A stretch of DNA of 64,000 nt from NCBI GenBank assembly GCA_965215505.1, contig OZ244065.1:4256001-4320000 (forward strand), read 5' to 3'. A program made the position numbers and the translations under genes. This DNA is from Capsulimonadaceae bacterium. Its GTDB lineage: Bacteria; Armatimonadota; Armatimonadia; Armatimonadales; Capsulimonadaceae. The notes under the pieces are model-generated. The model searched no databases. It had not been told where the DNA came from and was given only the letters and a program-made list of their open reading frames with translations. Below are positions 49,094 to 60,143 of the stretch, piece after piece. Position 1 is the first letter of the stretch, and each line of letters begins with the position of its first letter.

Positions 49094-51463
49094 TTACAGT
49101 TTCGTTTTGAAGTACGCGATGGTGTCCAGGATGCCCACTTCCAGCGGGATGCGCGGCTCCCAGCCCAGCAGGGTGCGCGCCTTGGTGATGTCCGGGCGGC
49201 GCTGCTTGGGGTCGTCCGCCGTCGGCAGCGGGACGTGGATGATCGGGCTGTCGCTGCCCGTCGCCTCCAGGATCACCTGGGCGAACTCGAGCATCGTGCG
49301 CTCCACCGGGTTCCCGACGTTGATCGGCCCGGATTGTTCAGAAACGGACAGCTTGAAGATGCCGTCGATCAGGTCCGAGACGTAGCAAAAGGAGCGCGTC
49401 TGCCGGCCGTCGCCGAAGACCGTCAGCGGCTCCCCCCGGAGCGCCTGGCTGACGAAGGCCGGCACGACGCGGCCATCGTTTATCCGCATGCGGGGTCCGT
49501 AGGTGTTGTGGGCGAACACGCCCGTTCCGGCGACGAAGTTCTCGCACTCCGGCACGGAGAAGTCATAAACGTAGGGCGTCGTCTCCGTCGGCTCGACGGC
49601 GTTCACCCTGGCCCAGACGAGGTCGCCGAAGCGCCCCGCGTTCAATGTCTGTTCAACGCCCGCATCCCAGGTGAGGATGTCGAACGAGGAAAGGCGGCAG
49701 AGCGTGAGACTGTAGAACGGGTACTCCCTCGTGTTGGCCTCGCTCTTGCGGCCCAGGCGGGACTGGTATTTGCCCACCGAGGCGACCAGCCCGAAGCGGA
49801 GCAGGCCGTAGGTCAGGTCCTGCGCCAGCAGGCGGCTGGTCGTCACGAAGTTCAGCTTGCTGCCGACATTCGCGCCGCTGTGCGTACCGTCGCCCTCACG
49901 GTAGCCCTCCAGGAAGTGCTTGAAGCGCGGCAGCGGGAGCTGCATGACCCAGGCCGGGATGCGCTTGCTGGAGGACAGTCCTCCAAGACCAAGTACCTCG
50001 GCCATGAGCCAGCACAGGTGCTTGCCGTGCGTGTAGATGCTGGCCCCGCGCTTGGCCGTGCGGACGGTGGAACCGACGTGGACTCCGAAGGTGTCCCGTA
50101 GGATGCCTGCGGCCCGTTCTAGGGCCGCTTCGTGGGAGCAGAGCGTCAGGAAGTGGATGGACTTGTCGGCGTAGTGGGCGACGATGCCTTCCGCCAGGAA
50201 GAAGCCCAGGAACCAGAGCAGGTCGTCCGTGACCGCCACCTCGCACGGCAGCGAGACTTTGTTGCCGCAGTTGTAGGGGCGGAGCCGGGCACCGGTGGGC
50301 CAGGTCAGCGAGAGCTGCGCCCGGAGGCGGTGCCAGATGAATAGGGGCAGCGTCCCCGCCTGCTCACACTTCCGCAACGCGCAGCCCGCCGAGTTGTGCG
50401 GGGAGGCGCTGCCGTCGAAGCGCCCGCTCTCGCGGAAGATCGTCCAGATCTGGTCGCGGTTGTCGGCGATGATCTGCTTCATCTCCGGCGCGACCAGCAG
50501 GAGTTCCCAGAGCGCGGCCGGCGTGGCGGCGCGGGCGATCCACTCCTCGCCGATGTGTACGGTGGGCCGGTCTTTCTCCACCACGGGCATTTTGCCGGCG
50601 ATGGCCACATGGTCGCCGACCTGGATCTCGCGGACGGGGATCGCTTCGGGCTTCCCCTGCTTGTCACGGCGGAACACGCTGTGGTCGCCGGTCACATGGA
50701 TCTGCCGCCCGTAGCGCGTCCTCAACACGAAGGCGTCTTTCCGGGACGGCGGGTGCTTGATGAGCGCGCTGGCCTCGCGCAAGGCGACGCACCCGGTGGC
50801 CGGGTCGAAGGCCGGCACCCGGAGCGAATGGGGGCGGCGGATCAGCTCATGCTCCATGCGGTCCGAGAACTCCTCGACCGCCGTCAGATGCATCTCGTCC
50901 CCGTCGAAAACGGCAACCGTCTCGTGCGCCAGAATGCTGTTGAAAATCCGTACGATCTTGGCGTCCATCCCGAACTTGCGGCGGTAGGCGAACGTCACCG
51001 CCTCGGCGTAGCGCTTAGCCTCGTCGTAGACGGCGCGGGTGCCGTGCGGGTTGACGTTGCCGAAATACTCCTCCGGCTGCGGGTGGATGGCCGGGTCGCC
51101 GTAGACCTCGGAGGTGGAGGCCATCAGGAACCGCGCGCCCTTGTCCCGCGCCAGATCCAGGGTGTGGTGCGTGCCGACCGAGCCGACCAGCAGCGTCTCC
51201 AGGGGCAGCTCCAGATAGTCCACCGGGCTTGCCGGGGAGGCGAAGTGGTAGACCATGTCCACCGGCCCGTCCACCGTATAGGGCTGGATGATGTCCTGCC
51301 GGACGTACTCGAAGCGCGGATTACCCCGCAGGTGCGCGACGTTCTCCTCGCTGCCCGTGACCAGGTTGTCCACGGCCACCACGTCGTAGCCTTCCGCCAG
51401 GAGGCGGTCGGACAGATGCGATCCTAAAAAGCCGGCACCGCCGGTCACCACTGCACGCGCCAT
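49094..51463 (-). CDS. UDP-glucuronate decarboxylase-like NAD-dependent epimerase, intein-containing
   Basis: [40 protein letters not shown] split by an insert, [17 protein letters not shown]. Confidence 0.92.
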   Translation of the reverse strand: MARAVVTGGAGFLGSHLSDRLLAEGYDVVAVDNLVTGSEENVAHLRGNPRFEYVRQDIIQPYTVDGPVDMVYHFASPASPVDYLELPLETLLVGSVGTHHTLDLARDKGARFLMASTSEVYGDPAIHPQPEEYFGNVNPHGTRAVYDEAKRYAEAVTFAYRRKFGMDAKIVRIFNSILAHETVAVFDGDEMHLTAVEEFSDRMEHELIRRPHSLRVPAFDPATGCVALREASALIKHPPSRKDAFVLRTRYGRQIHVTGDHSVFRRDKQGKPEAIPVREIQVGDHVAIAGKMPVVEKDRPTVHIGEEWIARAATPAALWELLLVAPEMKQIIADNRDQIWTIFRESGRFDGSASPHNSAGCALRKCEQAGTLPLFIWHRLRAQLSLTWPTGARLRPYNCGNKVSLPCEVAVTDDLLWFLGFFLAEGIVAHYADKSIHFLTLCSHEAALERAAGILRDTFGVHVGSTVRTAKRGASIYTHGKHLCWLMAEVLGLGGLSSSKRIPAWVMQLPLPRFKHFLEGYREGDGTHSGANVGSKLNFVTTSRLLAQDLTYGLLRFGLVASVGKYQSRLGRKSEANTREYPFYSLTLCRLSSFDILTWDAGVEQTLNAGRFGDLVWARVNAVEPTETTPYVYDFSVPECENFVAGTGVFAHNTYGPRMRINDGRVVPAFVSQALRGEPLTVFGDGRQTRSFCYVSDLIDGIFKLSVSEQSGPINVGNPVERTMLEFAQVILEATGSDSPIIHVPLPTADDPKQRRPDITKARTLLGWEPRIPLEVGILDTIAYFKTKL
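49505..50938 (-). mobile_element. Intein (478 aa) with LAGLIDADG homing endonuclease
   Basis: Starts SILAHETV after RIFN; block [15 protein letters not shown] and LEGYREGDG; block [24 protein letters not shown] followed by +1 Thr. Confidence 0.92.
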
Positions 51464-51697
51464 TCTGCCTCCCAATTCCGAGGGGCCTTGCCCCACCCTA
51501 TTATAGGGGAGAAACGGGCCGATGTCAAGGAAGAAGGGGTCAAGGGAGCGTTAAATCTGAAACATGCGGCCCGCCCCGGCTGTCTAAGAGCCGTCTGACA
51601 GCCGTGCGAGGCGGGCCGGGCCGCCCCCAGTCTGCTTGCCAAAGACATCGAATCCGTGTTAAACTTCAAAGGCCCCTTACGACGTATGGTAACATAT

Positions 51698-52297
51698 ATG
51701 ATGTCTCTCACTGCCTCCTCTGCCCGCCGCGCCGCCCTCGCGCTGGTCCTGCTCGCCTGCGCCGCCTTCTGCCCGCCGGGTGTGGCCGCGCCCGGCGCGA
51801 AAAAGGGCGTGGCCAAGAAGCCGTCCGCGCCGCTCAACCTGAGCGGGAGCATCGAAAGTCCGACCATCCAGATCGGCGACCCGAAGCTGCCTGGCAAGCT
51901 GCTGGCCGTCGTGAAGGGGAACGTGCTGGGGGTCGGCCCCGGAGGCGGCGGGGAACTCGGGACCATGACGCAGGTCCACGCGCTCCTCTACCAGAAGGGC
52001 AGGCAGGCCGCCACCTTCGACGCGCCCGTCGCGCACATCAGTCAGAACAACGCCACGAAAAACGTCGTGGCCGTCGGCACCGGCGGGGTCGTCATCAAGT
52101 CACTGATCGAGCCGGGGACGCGGCTCACGGCAGACATCGTCACCTGGTATGCCGGCCTCAACAGGATCGTGGCGACAGGCCACGTCGTTTACCATAACGG
52201 CAAATCGGGCTGGGACGTTCTGGCCCCGACGATGACCGCAGACACCCAGCTCCACTCGGTGAGCGGCGCAAAAGGCCGCGCGTTCGGCAAGTTTTAG
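51698..52297 (+). CDS. LptC-like LPS export protein
   Basis: N-terminal anchor, beta-jellyroll-like (LTADIVTWY...IVATGHV), first gene of the lpt cluster. Confidence 0.6.
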   Translation: MMSLTASSARRAALALVLLACAAFCPPGVAAPGAKKGVAKKPSAPLNLSGSIESPTIQIGDPKLPGKLLAVVKGNVLGVGPGGGGELGTMTQVHALLYQKGRQAATFDAPVAHISQNNATKNVVAVGTGGVVIKSLIEPGTRLTADIVTWYAGLNRIVATGHVVYHNGKSGWDVLAPTMTADTQLHSVSGAKGRAFGKF

Positions 52298-52334
52298 GGG
52301 CCTCGCTCGAACCAGCGGGGCCGATGAGGACTTC

Positions 52335-52928
52335 TTGACTAAAAATCGTGTTTTCGCCGTGGCTGTCCTGACGGGCGCTCTGTCAGGCCTCGTCCCGCTT
52401 TCGCTGTCCGCACAGAAGGTGGACACTCAGAAGGCAGGCGGGACGGCCCACAGCCGCAAAATCGGGACGGTGAACATCAGCTTTGGGGGATTCCTGTTGA
52501 TAGGGAACCGGGGGCATTTCTCGGAGGGCGTCCGGATGACTTCCGCCCAATACGATCTGGCGGCGGAAGACGTCACGGCCACGCAGGCACCGCCCAAGAG
52601 CGGGCACAGCGGCCTGACGGGGGCGACGGCGGCGGGGAGCCTCGCCAAAAAGACGCAGGTGGTCGCCCACGTCAAGCAGCCCCTGCAAGGGGAAGAGTTC
52701 CAGATCTCCGCCGACCACGCCGTCTATGTCCCGGAGTATGAACGCACCGACGGCGGCAGGATAGACTTCACGGGCCACGTCACGGTCGTCTCCCGGTCGG
52801 GCTTCCTGGCGGGGCCGGCCCCCGCAGACTTCGGGAACGGCCCGGTCACGGTCCTGCTGGGGCGGGGGGACGATTACCCGCAGATCCAGACCGGGCCGGG
52901 CCACATCGTCGCGACTCCCGCGCAGTAA
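52335..52928 (+). CDS. LptA/OstA-like periplasmic protein
   Basis: Signal peptide, ISADHAVY...IDFTGHVTV; directly upstream of lptB. Confidence 0.6.
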   Translation: MTKNRVFAVAVLTGALSGLVPLSLSAQKVDTQKAGGTAHSRKIGTVNISFGGFLLIGNRGHFSEGVRMTSAQYDLAAEDVTATQAPPKSGHSGLTGATAAGSLAKKTQVVAHVKQPLQGEEFQISADHAVYVPEYERTDGGRIDFTGHVTVVSRSGFLAGPAPADFGNGPVTVLLGRGDDYPQIQTGPGHIVATPAQ

Positions 52929-52944
52929 TTAGGGAACCAACACC

Positions 52945-53706
52945 ATGCCGATCCTACGCGCTGAGAATCTACAAAAAACTTACAAAGGCCGCAAGGTCGT
53001 CAACGGCGTCTCGGTCGAGATCAACCCCGGCGAGATCGTCGGCCTGCTCGGGCCGAACGGGGCCGGCAAGACCACGTCGTTCTACATGATGGTCGGCCTG
53101 GTCAAGCCCGACGGCGGGCGCGTCCTGCTCGACGACAAGGACATCACGCGCCTGCCCATGTACCGGCGCGCGCACGCCGGCATCGGCTACTTGGCCCAGG
53201 AGCCGAGCGCCTTCCGGGGACTGACGGCCGAGCAGAACATCATGCTGGTCCTGGAGATGCTGCCCGGCCTGACCTCCCAGGAGCGCAAGGCGCGGCTGGA
53301 AGACCTGTTGGACAGCCTGGACATGGCCGCCCGCCGCCACACGCTGGCCCGGCAGCTCTCGGGCGGCGAGCGGCGGCGCATCGAGATCGCCCGCGTCCTC
53401 GCCACCCGTCCCTCGTTCATCCTGCTGGATGAGCCGTTCACGGGCGTGGACCCCATCGCCATCGAAGACCTGCAAAAGATCATTGACGAACTCAAGACGC
53501 GCGGCATCGGCGTCCTCATCACGGACCACAACGTCCACGCGACTCTGGCGATCACGGACCGTGCCTACATCATCTCCGAGGGCGAGATCAAGACCTCGGG
53601 GACGGCGGAAGAACTCATCCAGGACCCCATCGCCCAGAAGTACTATCTGGGCCAGAACATGACGCTGATGATGCGGCGCGGTGCGGGGGGGACGCTCATC
53701 GGATGA
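52945..53706 (+). CDS. lptB: LPS export ABC transporter ATPase
   Basis: [44 protein letters not shown]. Confidence 0.95.
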   Translation: MPILRAENLQKTYKGRKVVNGVSVEINPGEIVGLLGPNGAGKTTSFYMMVGLVKPDGGRVLLDDKDITRLPMYRRAHAGIGYLAQEPSAFRGLTAEQNIMLVLEMLPGLTSQERKARLEDLLDSLDMAARRHTLARQLSGGERRRIEIARVLATRPSFILLDEPFTGVDPIAIEDLQKIIDELKTRGIGVLITDHNVHATLAITDRAYIISEGEIKTSGTAEELIQDPIAQKYYLGQNMTLMMRRGAGGTLIG

Positions 53707-54827
53707 ACACGCTCGCGAACACGCTCCACATAAGGCTGCTGGACCGGCTTGTCCTGCTGGACCTGCTGCCGAAGCTGCTGGCCTCCATCGCCGCCTTCTC
53801 GACCATCTTCCTGATCACCGGGCCGCTGATCGCCGCCTCCCGCTTCCAGGCGCTGGGCTTCCCATGGTGGGTCATCGCGCAGTTCTTCGGCTGGGACTTC
53901 CTCGAATTCGTCCGGTACACCTTCCCGATGGGGATGCTGCTGGCCGCCCTTCTGGGCTTCGACCGGCTCTCGCGCGACAGCGAGATCATCGCCCTGTTTG
54001 CGGGCAGCATCTCGTTCCCGCGCATCATCGCGCCCGTCCTCGCCCTGGGGCTGCTGGTCAGCCTGGTCAACTACACTTTCAACGACCGGATCGCCACCTA
54101 CGCCACCGAGCGCGTCGCCGACTTCAACAGCCACCGGCAGGACATCCTCGGCGAGACGACGCACCCGCTGGACCTCGCGAACCGCGCGGACGGCAAGCTG
54201 CAAGTGACCGTGCATGTGGAGAAGGGCTATGACGTCGTCGCGAAGGCGCTGCGTCAGGTGACGATCACGGTTTACGACCCGGACGGCCGCCCGAGCAAGA
54301 TCATCTACGCCGACCGCGCCATCGCGCGGGGTAATGGCTTCAAAACGTGGACACTGTACGACGGCTATGGCGTCAACTGGCAGGGGGCCCCCTTCAGCAC
54401 GCCCTTTTCAAGAATGCAAACGAATGAGATCAACAAGACGCCGGAGAACATGAGTTTCTTACAGCGTGACCCCGAGACGCTGAATTTTCGGGACTTGCAG
54501 CGCCAGATCAACGAGCTGAAGGCTGGCGGCGGCAATGTCAGCGACGTCCGCAACGCCGAGGTGGGGCTGTGGTTCAAAGTCTCCCTGCCCTTCTCGTGCC
54601 TCATCTTCGGCATGGTCGGCGCACCCCTCGGGGTGCGCTCATCCCGCTCGGGCAAGGTCAGCGGGCTGGTCTGGGCTTTGCCGATCATGCTCGGGTATTA
54701 CGTCATTTACATGACCATGAGCAATGCCGCCGCCGGCGGGGCCGTCCCGCCGATCCTGGCGGCCTGGCTGCCCAACATCATCGGCCTGTGCGTCGGGGCT
54801 GGCCTGATCTGGAAGGCGTCGCGCTGA
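53703..54827 (+). CDS. LptF/LptG family permease
   Basis: [34 protein letters not shown]. Confidence 0.92.
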   Translation: MNTLANTLHIRLLDRLVLLDLLPKLLASIAAFSTIFLITGPLIAASRFQALGFPWWVIAQFFGWDFLEFVRYTFPMGMLLAALLGFDRLSRDSEIIALFAGSISFPRIIAPVLALGLLVSLVNYTFNDRIATYATERVADFNSHRQDILGETTHPLDLANRADGKLQVTVHVEKGYDVVAKALRQVTITVYDPDGRPSKIIYADRAIARGNGFKTWTLYDGYGVNWQGAPFSTPFSRMQTNEINKTPENMSFLQRDPETLNFRDLQRQINELKAGGGNVSDVRNAEVGLWFKVSLPFSCLIFGMVGAPLGVRSSRSGKVSGLVWALPIMLGYYVIYMTMSNAAAGGAVPPILAAWLPNIIGLCVGAGLIWKASR

Positions 54828-54866
54828 AGGGGGCGGATGTGAAGGAATGGAGCTTGAGAGTTTAAG

Positions 54867-56318
54867 ATGGGTGCCGTAGTCTTTTTCGCCTTCATCCTGT
54901 TCGTCATGGGCGGCGTCACCGCCTACATGGGCGACCGGCTGGGCAGCTACATCGGCAAAAAACGGCACTCGACGTTCGGCCTGCGCCCCCGGCACACCGC
55001 CATGCTGTGGACGGTCGTTTCGGGCGGCGTCATCGCCGTCGGGACCCTGCTGCTGTTCCTGGCCCTGAACCGGACCTTCAGCACCGCCCTGGTGCGCGGC
55101 CCGCAGCTCCTGGAGACGAACGGCACGTTGCAGCACCAGAACCTGGCCCTGGCCCGGCACAACGTCGCCACCGAGCGCCGGGCGCGGGAGGACGACGCGC
55201 GGGCGAGCCAGGCCCAGGCGCAGGCGGCGCAGGCGCGGAAAGGACTGGCCCAGGTCGCCGCCGTGCTGGGGCGGGCGCAGAACACCCTGGCGCGCAGCCG
55301 CCAGACCCTGGCACAGCGGCAGGCCGAGCTGGACGGGGCGCAGCGGCGGCTGGCGGACGCCCGGCGGGGGCTGGACACGACGCACGCGGAACTCCGGCGG
55401 GCGGAGGACAGCGTCCACCAGGCCCGGCTCGGCGTCCGCGAGGCGCGGCGGCAGGCGCAGCTCGCCGACGCCCAGGCCGTGCGCGCCAGCCGGGACGTGC
55501 TGACGCTGGGGATCAAGGAGGACGCGCTCCGAATCGAGCAGAACACGCTCACCGCCGAGAACAAGGCGCTCGCCCGCCGGAGCCAGGCCCAGCAGGCCCT
55601 CCTGCTGACCTCGCAGGGCCGCTCGCTGGTCTTCCGCCGGGCGGAGGAGCTGGGCCGGACCGTCGTCTCGACCGGCCAGCCGGTCCCCTCGGTGCGGCGG
55701 GAGCTTGCCGTTTTCCTGGACCAGGTCGAGCTGACCGCCCGCCAGCGCGGCGCGGGCGGCCTGGACAACTCGCCCGCCGTCGTCCTCGCCGCCCCCGCGC
55801 CGGTCGAGGGCGCGGAGGCCGCCGCCGAGACGCGGGAGGCGGTCCTGGACGCCCTTTCGGAGAGCATCGCCGCCCAGGGCGGCCAGCCCAGCGTCGTCGT
55901 GGTCGCCGACGCCCGCTACAACACGTTCAACGGCGAGCCGGTCAAGCTGGACCTGAAGCCCTATGCCAATGATCTGGTGTTCCCGAGGGGCACTGTCATC
56001 GCAAGCCGCGCGATCAACGGGGAGCAGTCCCAGACCGTCATCCTCGGCCTCTTGCAGTCCTTCCTGACCGACCAGGTCCGCGTGGCCGCCCGCCGGCGCG
56101 GCATCATCCCGGTCCCCGACCCGCAATCCGGCGACCCGCGCGTCGGCCAGCCCATCGACACCCCGACCGCGCTCGCCCTGGTCCGGCAGATCCAGCAGGC
56201 CGGGCCGGACGCCCGCGTCACCGCCGCCGCCGCCGCCGACACCTACAGCGCCGACCTGCTGCGCCTGGACCTGCGCGTCACGCCCGCCCCGCCCAAGCCC
56301 GACACGGCGCAGAAATAA
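54867..56318 (+). CDS. DUF3084 domain protein
   Basis: GGVTAYMGDRLGSYIGKKRHSTFGLRPRHTA followed by a coiled coil. Confidence 0.88.
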   Translation: MGAVVFFAFILFVMGGVTAYMGDRLGSYIGKKRHSTFGLRPRHTAMLWTVVSGGVIAVGTLLLFLALNRTFSTALVRGPQLLETNGTLQHQNLALARHNVATERRAREDDARASQAQAQAAQARKGLAQVAAVLGRAQNTLARSRQTLAQRQAELDGAQRRLADARRGLDTTHAELRRAEDSVHQARLGVREARRQAQLADAQAVRASRDVLTLGIKEDALRIEQNTLTAENKALARRSQAQQALLLTSQGRSLVFRRAEELGRTVVSTGQPVPSVRRELAVFLDQVELTARQRGAGGLDNSPAVVLAAPAPVEGAEAAAETREAVLDALSESIAAQGGQPSVVVVADARYNTFNGEPVKLDLKPYANDLVFPRGTVIASRAINGEQSQTVILGLLQSFLTDQVRVAARRRGIIPVPDPQSGDPRVGQPIDTPTALALVRQIQQAGPDARVTAAAAADTYSADLLRLDLRVTPAPPKPDTAQK

Positions 56319-56355
56319 CAAGGCACTAAGGCAGTAAAAAGAAGGAGCCACCCGA

Positions 56356-56664
56356 ATGACGATCACGATTGACGTGCCGCCGGACATGGCGGCCCGGTTA
56401 TCCACCGAAGCCGACCGCCAGGGCAAGGACGTACCCGGAGTGGTGCGCGGCTTCTTGAAACAGCGCTTCGCCGGCCGCCCCGTGCGCGCCTACGACCCCG
56501 CCGCGCTCGCGGCTTTAATCGAGTCTTTCGATGAGGGCGATCCTGAAGAGCAGCGCACAACACTGGAGTACCTGAAGGTCGCCATAGACCGGGACCGTCC
56601 CGGTCAGCGCAGCATATTCGGTGAGGGCATTAACCCCATGCCGCCGCCGGATGAGATCGGCTGA
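56356..56664 (+). CDS. Putative antitoxin
   Basis: MTITIDVPPDMAARL N-terminus (RHH-like), immediately upstream of a PIN gene. Confidence 0.65.
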   Translation: MTITIDVPPDMAARLSTEADRQGKDVPGVVRGFLKQRFAGRPVRAYDPAALAALIESFDEGDPEEQRTTLEYLKVAIDRDRPGQRSIFGEGINPMPPPDEIG

Positions 56665-56669
56665 CAAGC

Positions 56670-57128
56670 ATGATCATCCTTTTGGATAGCGGCCCGCTGG
56701 GGCTGATAACGAACCCGCGTGGCGGCACTGAGGCGCAGGCATGCAAAGCGTGGTTACAGACACTCGCTCCGTCGGGCCACATTGCCCCGGTTCCGGAGAT
56801 CATTGACTACGAGCATCGCCGTGAGCCGCTGGCGGGCCTCACGCAAGCAATCATGCGTCTGGATGGCATCAAAGCAGTCGGGGCGTATGTTCCCGTCAGC
56901 GAAGAGGCTTATCTACGCGCGGCATCTCCATGGGCCACCGCGCGTCGGCAGGGCATCCCGACGGCGGACCGCTTCGCCCTGGACGCCGATGTCATCCTCG
57001 CGGCACAGGCGGCGACGCTGGACCCGACCGAATGGGGCCAGCCCGGCGCTCCCGTGGTCATCGCCACCACGAACGTCGGCCATCTGAGCCGCTTCGTAGA
57101 CGCGCGCCTGTGGCGTGGCATCCCATGA
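56670..57128 (+). CDS. PIN-domain (VapC-like) toxin
   Basis: ILLDSGPLG, PEIIDYE, LDADVILAAQA, IATTNVGHL. Confidence 0.8.
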   Translation: MIILLDSGPLGLITNPRGGTEAQACKAWLQTLAPSGHIAPVPEIIDYEHRREPLAGLTQAIMRLDGIKAVGAYVPVSEEAYLRAASPWATARRQGIPTADRFALDADVILAAQAATLDPTEWGQPGAPVVIATTNVGHLSRFVDARLWRGIP

Positions 57129-57589
57129 CCGACCCCTCCACGCCCGGAACGCTCTCCCCGCCCGAAACCCTCCTCGCCGTGGACCCCGGACGCGCCAAGT
57201 GCGGCCTGGCCGTCGTCACCGGCCCTGCACAAGAAGGCCAAGCCCCGCGCTGTCTGGAGCGGGCCGTCGTCGCTACCGAGCGGCTGACTCTGGCCGTGGC
57301 CGACATCCTGCGGCGGCGGCCCGAGGTCGGCAAAATCCTCATCGGCGGCGGCACCAACAGCGCGACCCTCCGCCGCGCATTGGAAGCGGCTTTCCCCCAA
57401 CTCCCCCTCCAGACGGTGGACGAACACAACACGTCCGCCCGCGCCCGGCAGCGGTTCGTCCAGGAGAATCCCGCCCCCGGATGGCGTCGCCTGCTGCCGT
57501 CCGGCCTCCGTTCCCCGGAAGTCCCTTACGACGATTACGCCGCAATTATGCTTGCGGAGGATTATTTTGCGAAAAAAACGGGGACATAA
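57125..57589 (+). CDS. yqgF: YqgF/RuvX-family nuclease
   Basis: LAVDPGRAKCG, IGGGT, VDEHNTS, DDYAA. Confidence 0.85.
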   Translation: MTDPSTPGTLSPPETLLAVDPGRAKCGLAVVTGPAQEGQAPRCLERAVVATERLTLAVADILRRRPEVGKILIGGGTNSATLRRALEAAFPQLPLQTVDEHNTSARARQRFVQENPAPGWRRLLPSGLRSPEVPYDDYAAIMLAEDYFAKKTGT

Positions 57590-57937
57590 CGCAAAATCGT
57601 GAAACAAACGCCACCGGCGCTTGTCTCACGGTTTGGGAACAGCCCCGAACGCTGCAAACCCCCCGCCGCGCTCCCAATGATGGTGAGGCGGCACGCATCC
57701 GGTGATGCCCTCGAACGCACAACAGCGGGACCGACCCGCGCGAGGCGGCACCGCGACACGCGAGGCGATCTGGAAATCTCTGCCCCGGATCTGCAAGGCA
57801 ACATGGATACTTGCGGACGAAAGGACGGCGAGGACCGACCGTTAGCCTATCGCGCTCTGCCAATCCGCGCTGACCGTTCCTTCTGGCGTCGAGGCTTGTG
57901 CCGGGGTGCGAATGTTCATCGCAAGGAGAAACGCTCC

Positions 57938-60058
57938 ATGAAGAAGTCTTTAGTGCTTCTCGCCGGTGCCAGCATGGCCTTCCTTGGCCTGCCCGCCGTG
58001 TCCCATGCTCAGGCGGCCAGCGGCCCGTTCGCTGACGTCCCCACCGACCACTGGGCCTACCAGTCGGTGGACACCCTCCAGAAGGCCGGCATCGTGATCG
58101 GCTACCCCGACGGCACCTACGGTGGCCGCCGGCCCATGACCCGCTACGAGTTCGCCGTCGCCATCGCCCGCCTGCTGGCCCGGCAGCCCGCCGCCGCCCC
58201 CGCCCCCGACCTGTCGGGACTGGACGCGCGGATCAGCGCCAACGCCGCCGCCATCGACGCCCTGCGGACCCTGGTGAACGGCTTCGCCCCCGAGCTGACC
58301 CGGCTCGGCCAGGACGTCGCCGCCATCAACGCCCGCCTGGACGGCCTGGAGGCCCGCGTCAACGCGCTCAATGACCGGCTGAACAAGGATGAGGGCATCC
58401 TCGGCTCGGTCGTGGATGAGCAGCGCCGCGTCAAGGTCAATGGTACGGTGACCCTCATCGCGCTGGCCGAAAATACGCGCCGCAATGGCAAGGCCTTCAC
58501 CGACGAGAACGGCGTCGTCCAGGGCCGGACCGGCTCCAAGGCGCTCCTCCAGTCCTCGGACGTCTACCACGACATCCTGCTCAACATCCGCGGCAAGCTC
58601 TCGGACACCGCCACCGCGAATGTTGACCTGGACTTCGGCAACTATCTGAGCCAGGTCGGCAACACGGCCGCCTTCCCCGGCTACTCCGCCGGCGGGGCCG
58701 CCCCGTCCGTCCTGTCGCCCGGCAGCCTGACCGCCGCCAACCAGTACGCCAACGTCTACAAGGCCTACCTGGATGCCGCCGTCAAGCTCGGACCTCTGGG
58801 CGGTGCCGAACTGCTCGTGGGCCGCTTCGGCAACCAGTACACCCGCTACACCTTGAAGCAGGTGGACGCCGACATCTACACCAACCTGATCCAGACCGAC
58901 TCCGGTGACATCATCGGCGACGGCGCTGCGGTCAACTTCAAGCTCGGCCCGGCCCATGTGAACGCCTTCGCGATCAAGGACACTGCCATCCAGTTCTCCG
59001 AGCTGTACGGCGGCTCCCAGGGGACGCAGTTCAACGCCGCCGTGCCCGCCACGCCCGGCAACCCGTTCGCGGTGGGAACGCCCGCCTTCTTCTCCAACAC
59101 CCAGACGCGGCCCGGCGGCCTGATTGCCGCCAACCATGCGGCCACCCTGGATGAAGGGGTCGGCGGCCGCGTGACCTTCGGCGCCCCCGAGGGCGCGGTC
59201 CTGGGCGCGACCGTCGAGTACTTCGGCCTCAGCAACCGCACCAACAACGGCCTGAGCGCCCTTGACGGCGTGACCGACCCGAACAAGTCCACCCAGCTCA
59301 CCGGGCTGGGCCAGGGCAACGGCCAGTACAACCGCCTGTCGGTGTACGGCGCGGACTTCAACGGTGCCCTGCCGTTCGGCCTCCCCGGCGTCAAGAAGGG
59401 CGGCATCCTGATCGATGCCAACTATAACGTCTCCGCTGAGGGCCTCGGCCACGGCTTCGCCAATATCGGCTCGGGCTACCGCTACCAGTCCACCGACGAC
59501 CAGATCGGCTTCTCCGTCGCCGGAGTCCAGATCAAGGGCGGCTACCAGTACGTCGGACCCGAGTACTCGGCTCCCGGCTACTGGGGTCGGCTCGGCGCCT
59601 GGAGCAATCCGACGAACGTCCGTGGCCCGGTCGTGTCCGCCAAGTATGCGCTCACCCGCAAACTCAGCCTGAACGCCGACGGCGAGTTCTACAAGGCCGC
59701 CTACGGGTCCAACAGCAACGGTACGCCGATCAACTCGCCGCTGCACCAGAACGACCACGTCAGCCGCTACCAGGTCGGCCTGGGCTACGGCCTGACCAGC
59801 GCCTACGGCGTTGACCTCGGCTACGAGGACGTCCGCTACGACCTGCGGAACAACGGCGGCTCGCTCGCCGCCGCCGGTAAGCCTGACGAGAACTACGTCA
59901 ACATCGGCATCGGCCACACGATCAGCCCGAACGCCAGCGTCAAGCTGCTGTACCAGATCGTCCACTACGACGACAAGGGCACCGGCTTCGACCCGACGGC
60001 GGGCGGCGGCAAGACGGACGGCAACGTCGCGCTCGGCCAGTTCCAGCTCAAGTTCTAG
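57938..60058 (+). CDS. SLH-domain outer-membrane beta-barrel protein (OmpM/SlpA-like)
   Basis: Signal peptide, FADVPTDHWAY...GYPDG...TRYEFA SLH, coiled coil, alternating beta-strands, C-terminal Phe. Confidence 0.88.
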   Translation: MKKSLVLLAGASMAFLGLPAVSHAQAASGPFADVPTDHWAYQSVDTLQKAGIVIGYPDGTYGGRRPMTRYEFAVAIARLLARQPAAAPAPDLSGLDARISANAAAIDALRTLVNGFAPELTRLGQDVAAINARLDGLEARVNALNDRLNKDEGILGSVVDEQRRVKVNGTVTLIALAENTRRNGKAFTDENGVVQGRTGSKALLQSSDVYHDILLNIRGKLSDTATANVDLDFGNYLSQVGNTAAFPGYSAGGAAPSVLSPGSLTAANQYANVYKAYLDAAVKLGPLGGAELLVGRFGNQYTRYTLKQVDADIYTNLIQTDSGDIIGDGAAVNFKLGPAHVNAFAIKDTAIQFSELYGGSQGTQFNAAVPATPGNPFAVGTPAFFSNTQTRPGGLIAANHAATLDEGVGGRVTFGAPEGAVLGATVEYFGLSNRTNNGLSALDGVTDPNKSTQLTGLGQGNGQYNRLSVYGADFNGALPFGLPGVKKGGILIDANYNVSAEGLGHGFANIGSGYRYQSTDDQIGFSVAGVQIKGGYQYVGPEYSAPGYWGRLGAWSNPTNVRGPVVSAKYALTRKLSLNADGEFYKAAYGSNSNGTPINSPLHQNDHVSRYQVGLGYGLTSAYGVDLGYEDVRYDLRNNGGSLAAAGKPDENYVNIGIGHTISPNASVKLLYQIVHYDDKGTGFDPTAGGGKTDGNVALGQFQLKF

Positions 60059-60082
60059 AGTCCCCTCCGGGACCCGACGAGC

Positions 60083-60116
60083 GACCCCCCAGGCGAAAGC
60101 CTGGGGGGTCTTTTTT
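60083..60116 (+). terminator. Intrinsic terminator
   Basis: GACCCCCCAGGC-GAAA-GCCTGGGGGGTC + TTTTTT. Confidence 0.9.
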
Positions 60117-60143
60117 CGTACCAGACCTCCCGCATAAGCATAG

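Noticed and set aside
57590-57937. c-di-AMP (ydaO) or other known riboswitch upstream of the porin
   Set aside because: The consensus elements were not found by eye.
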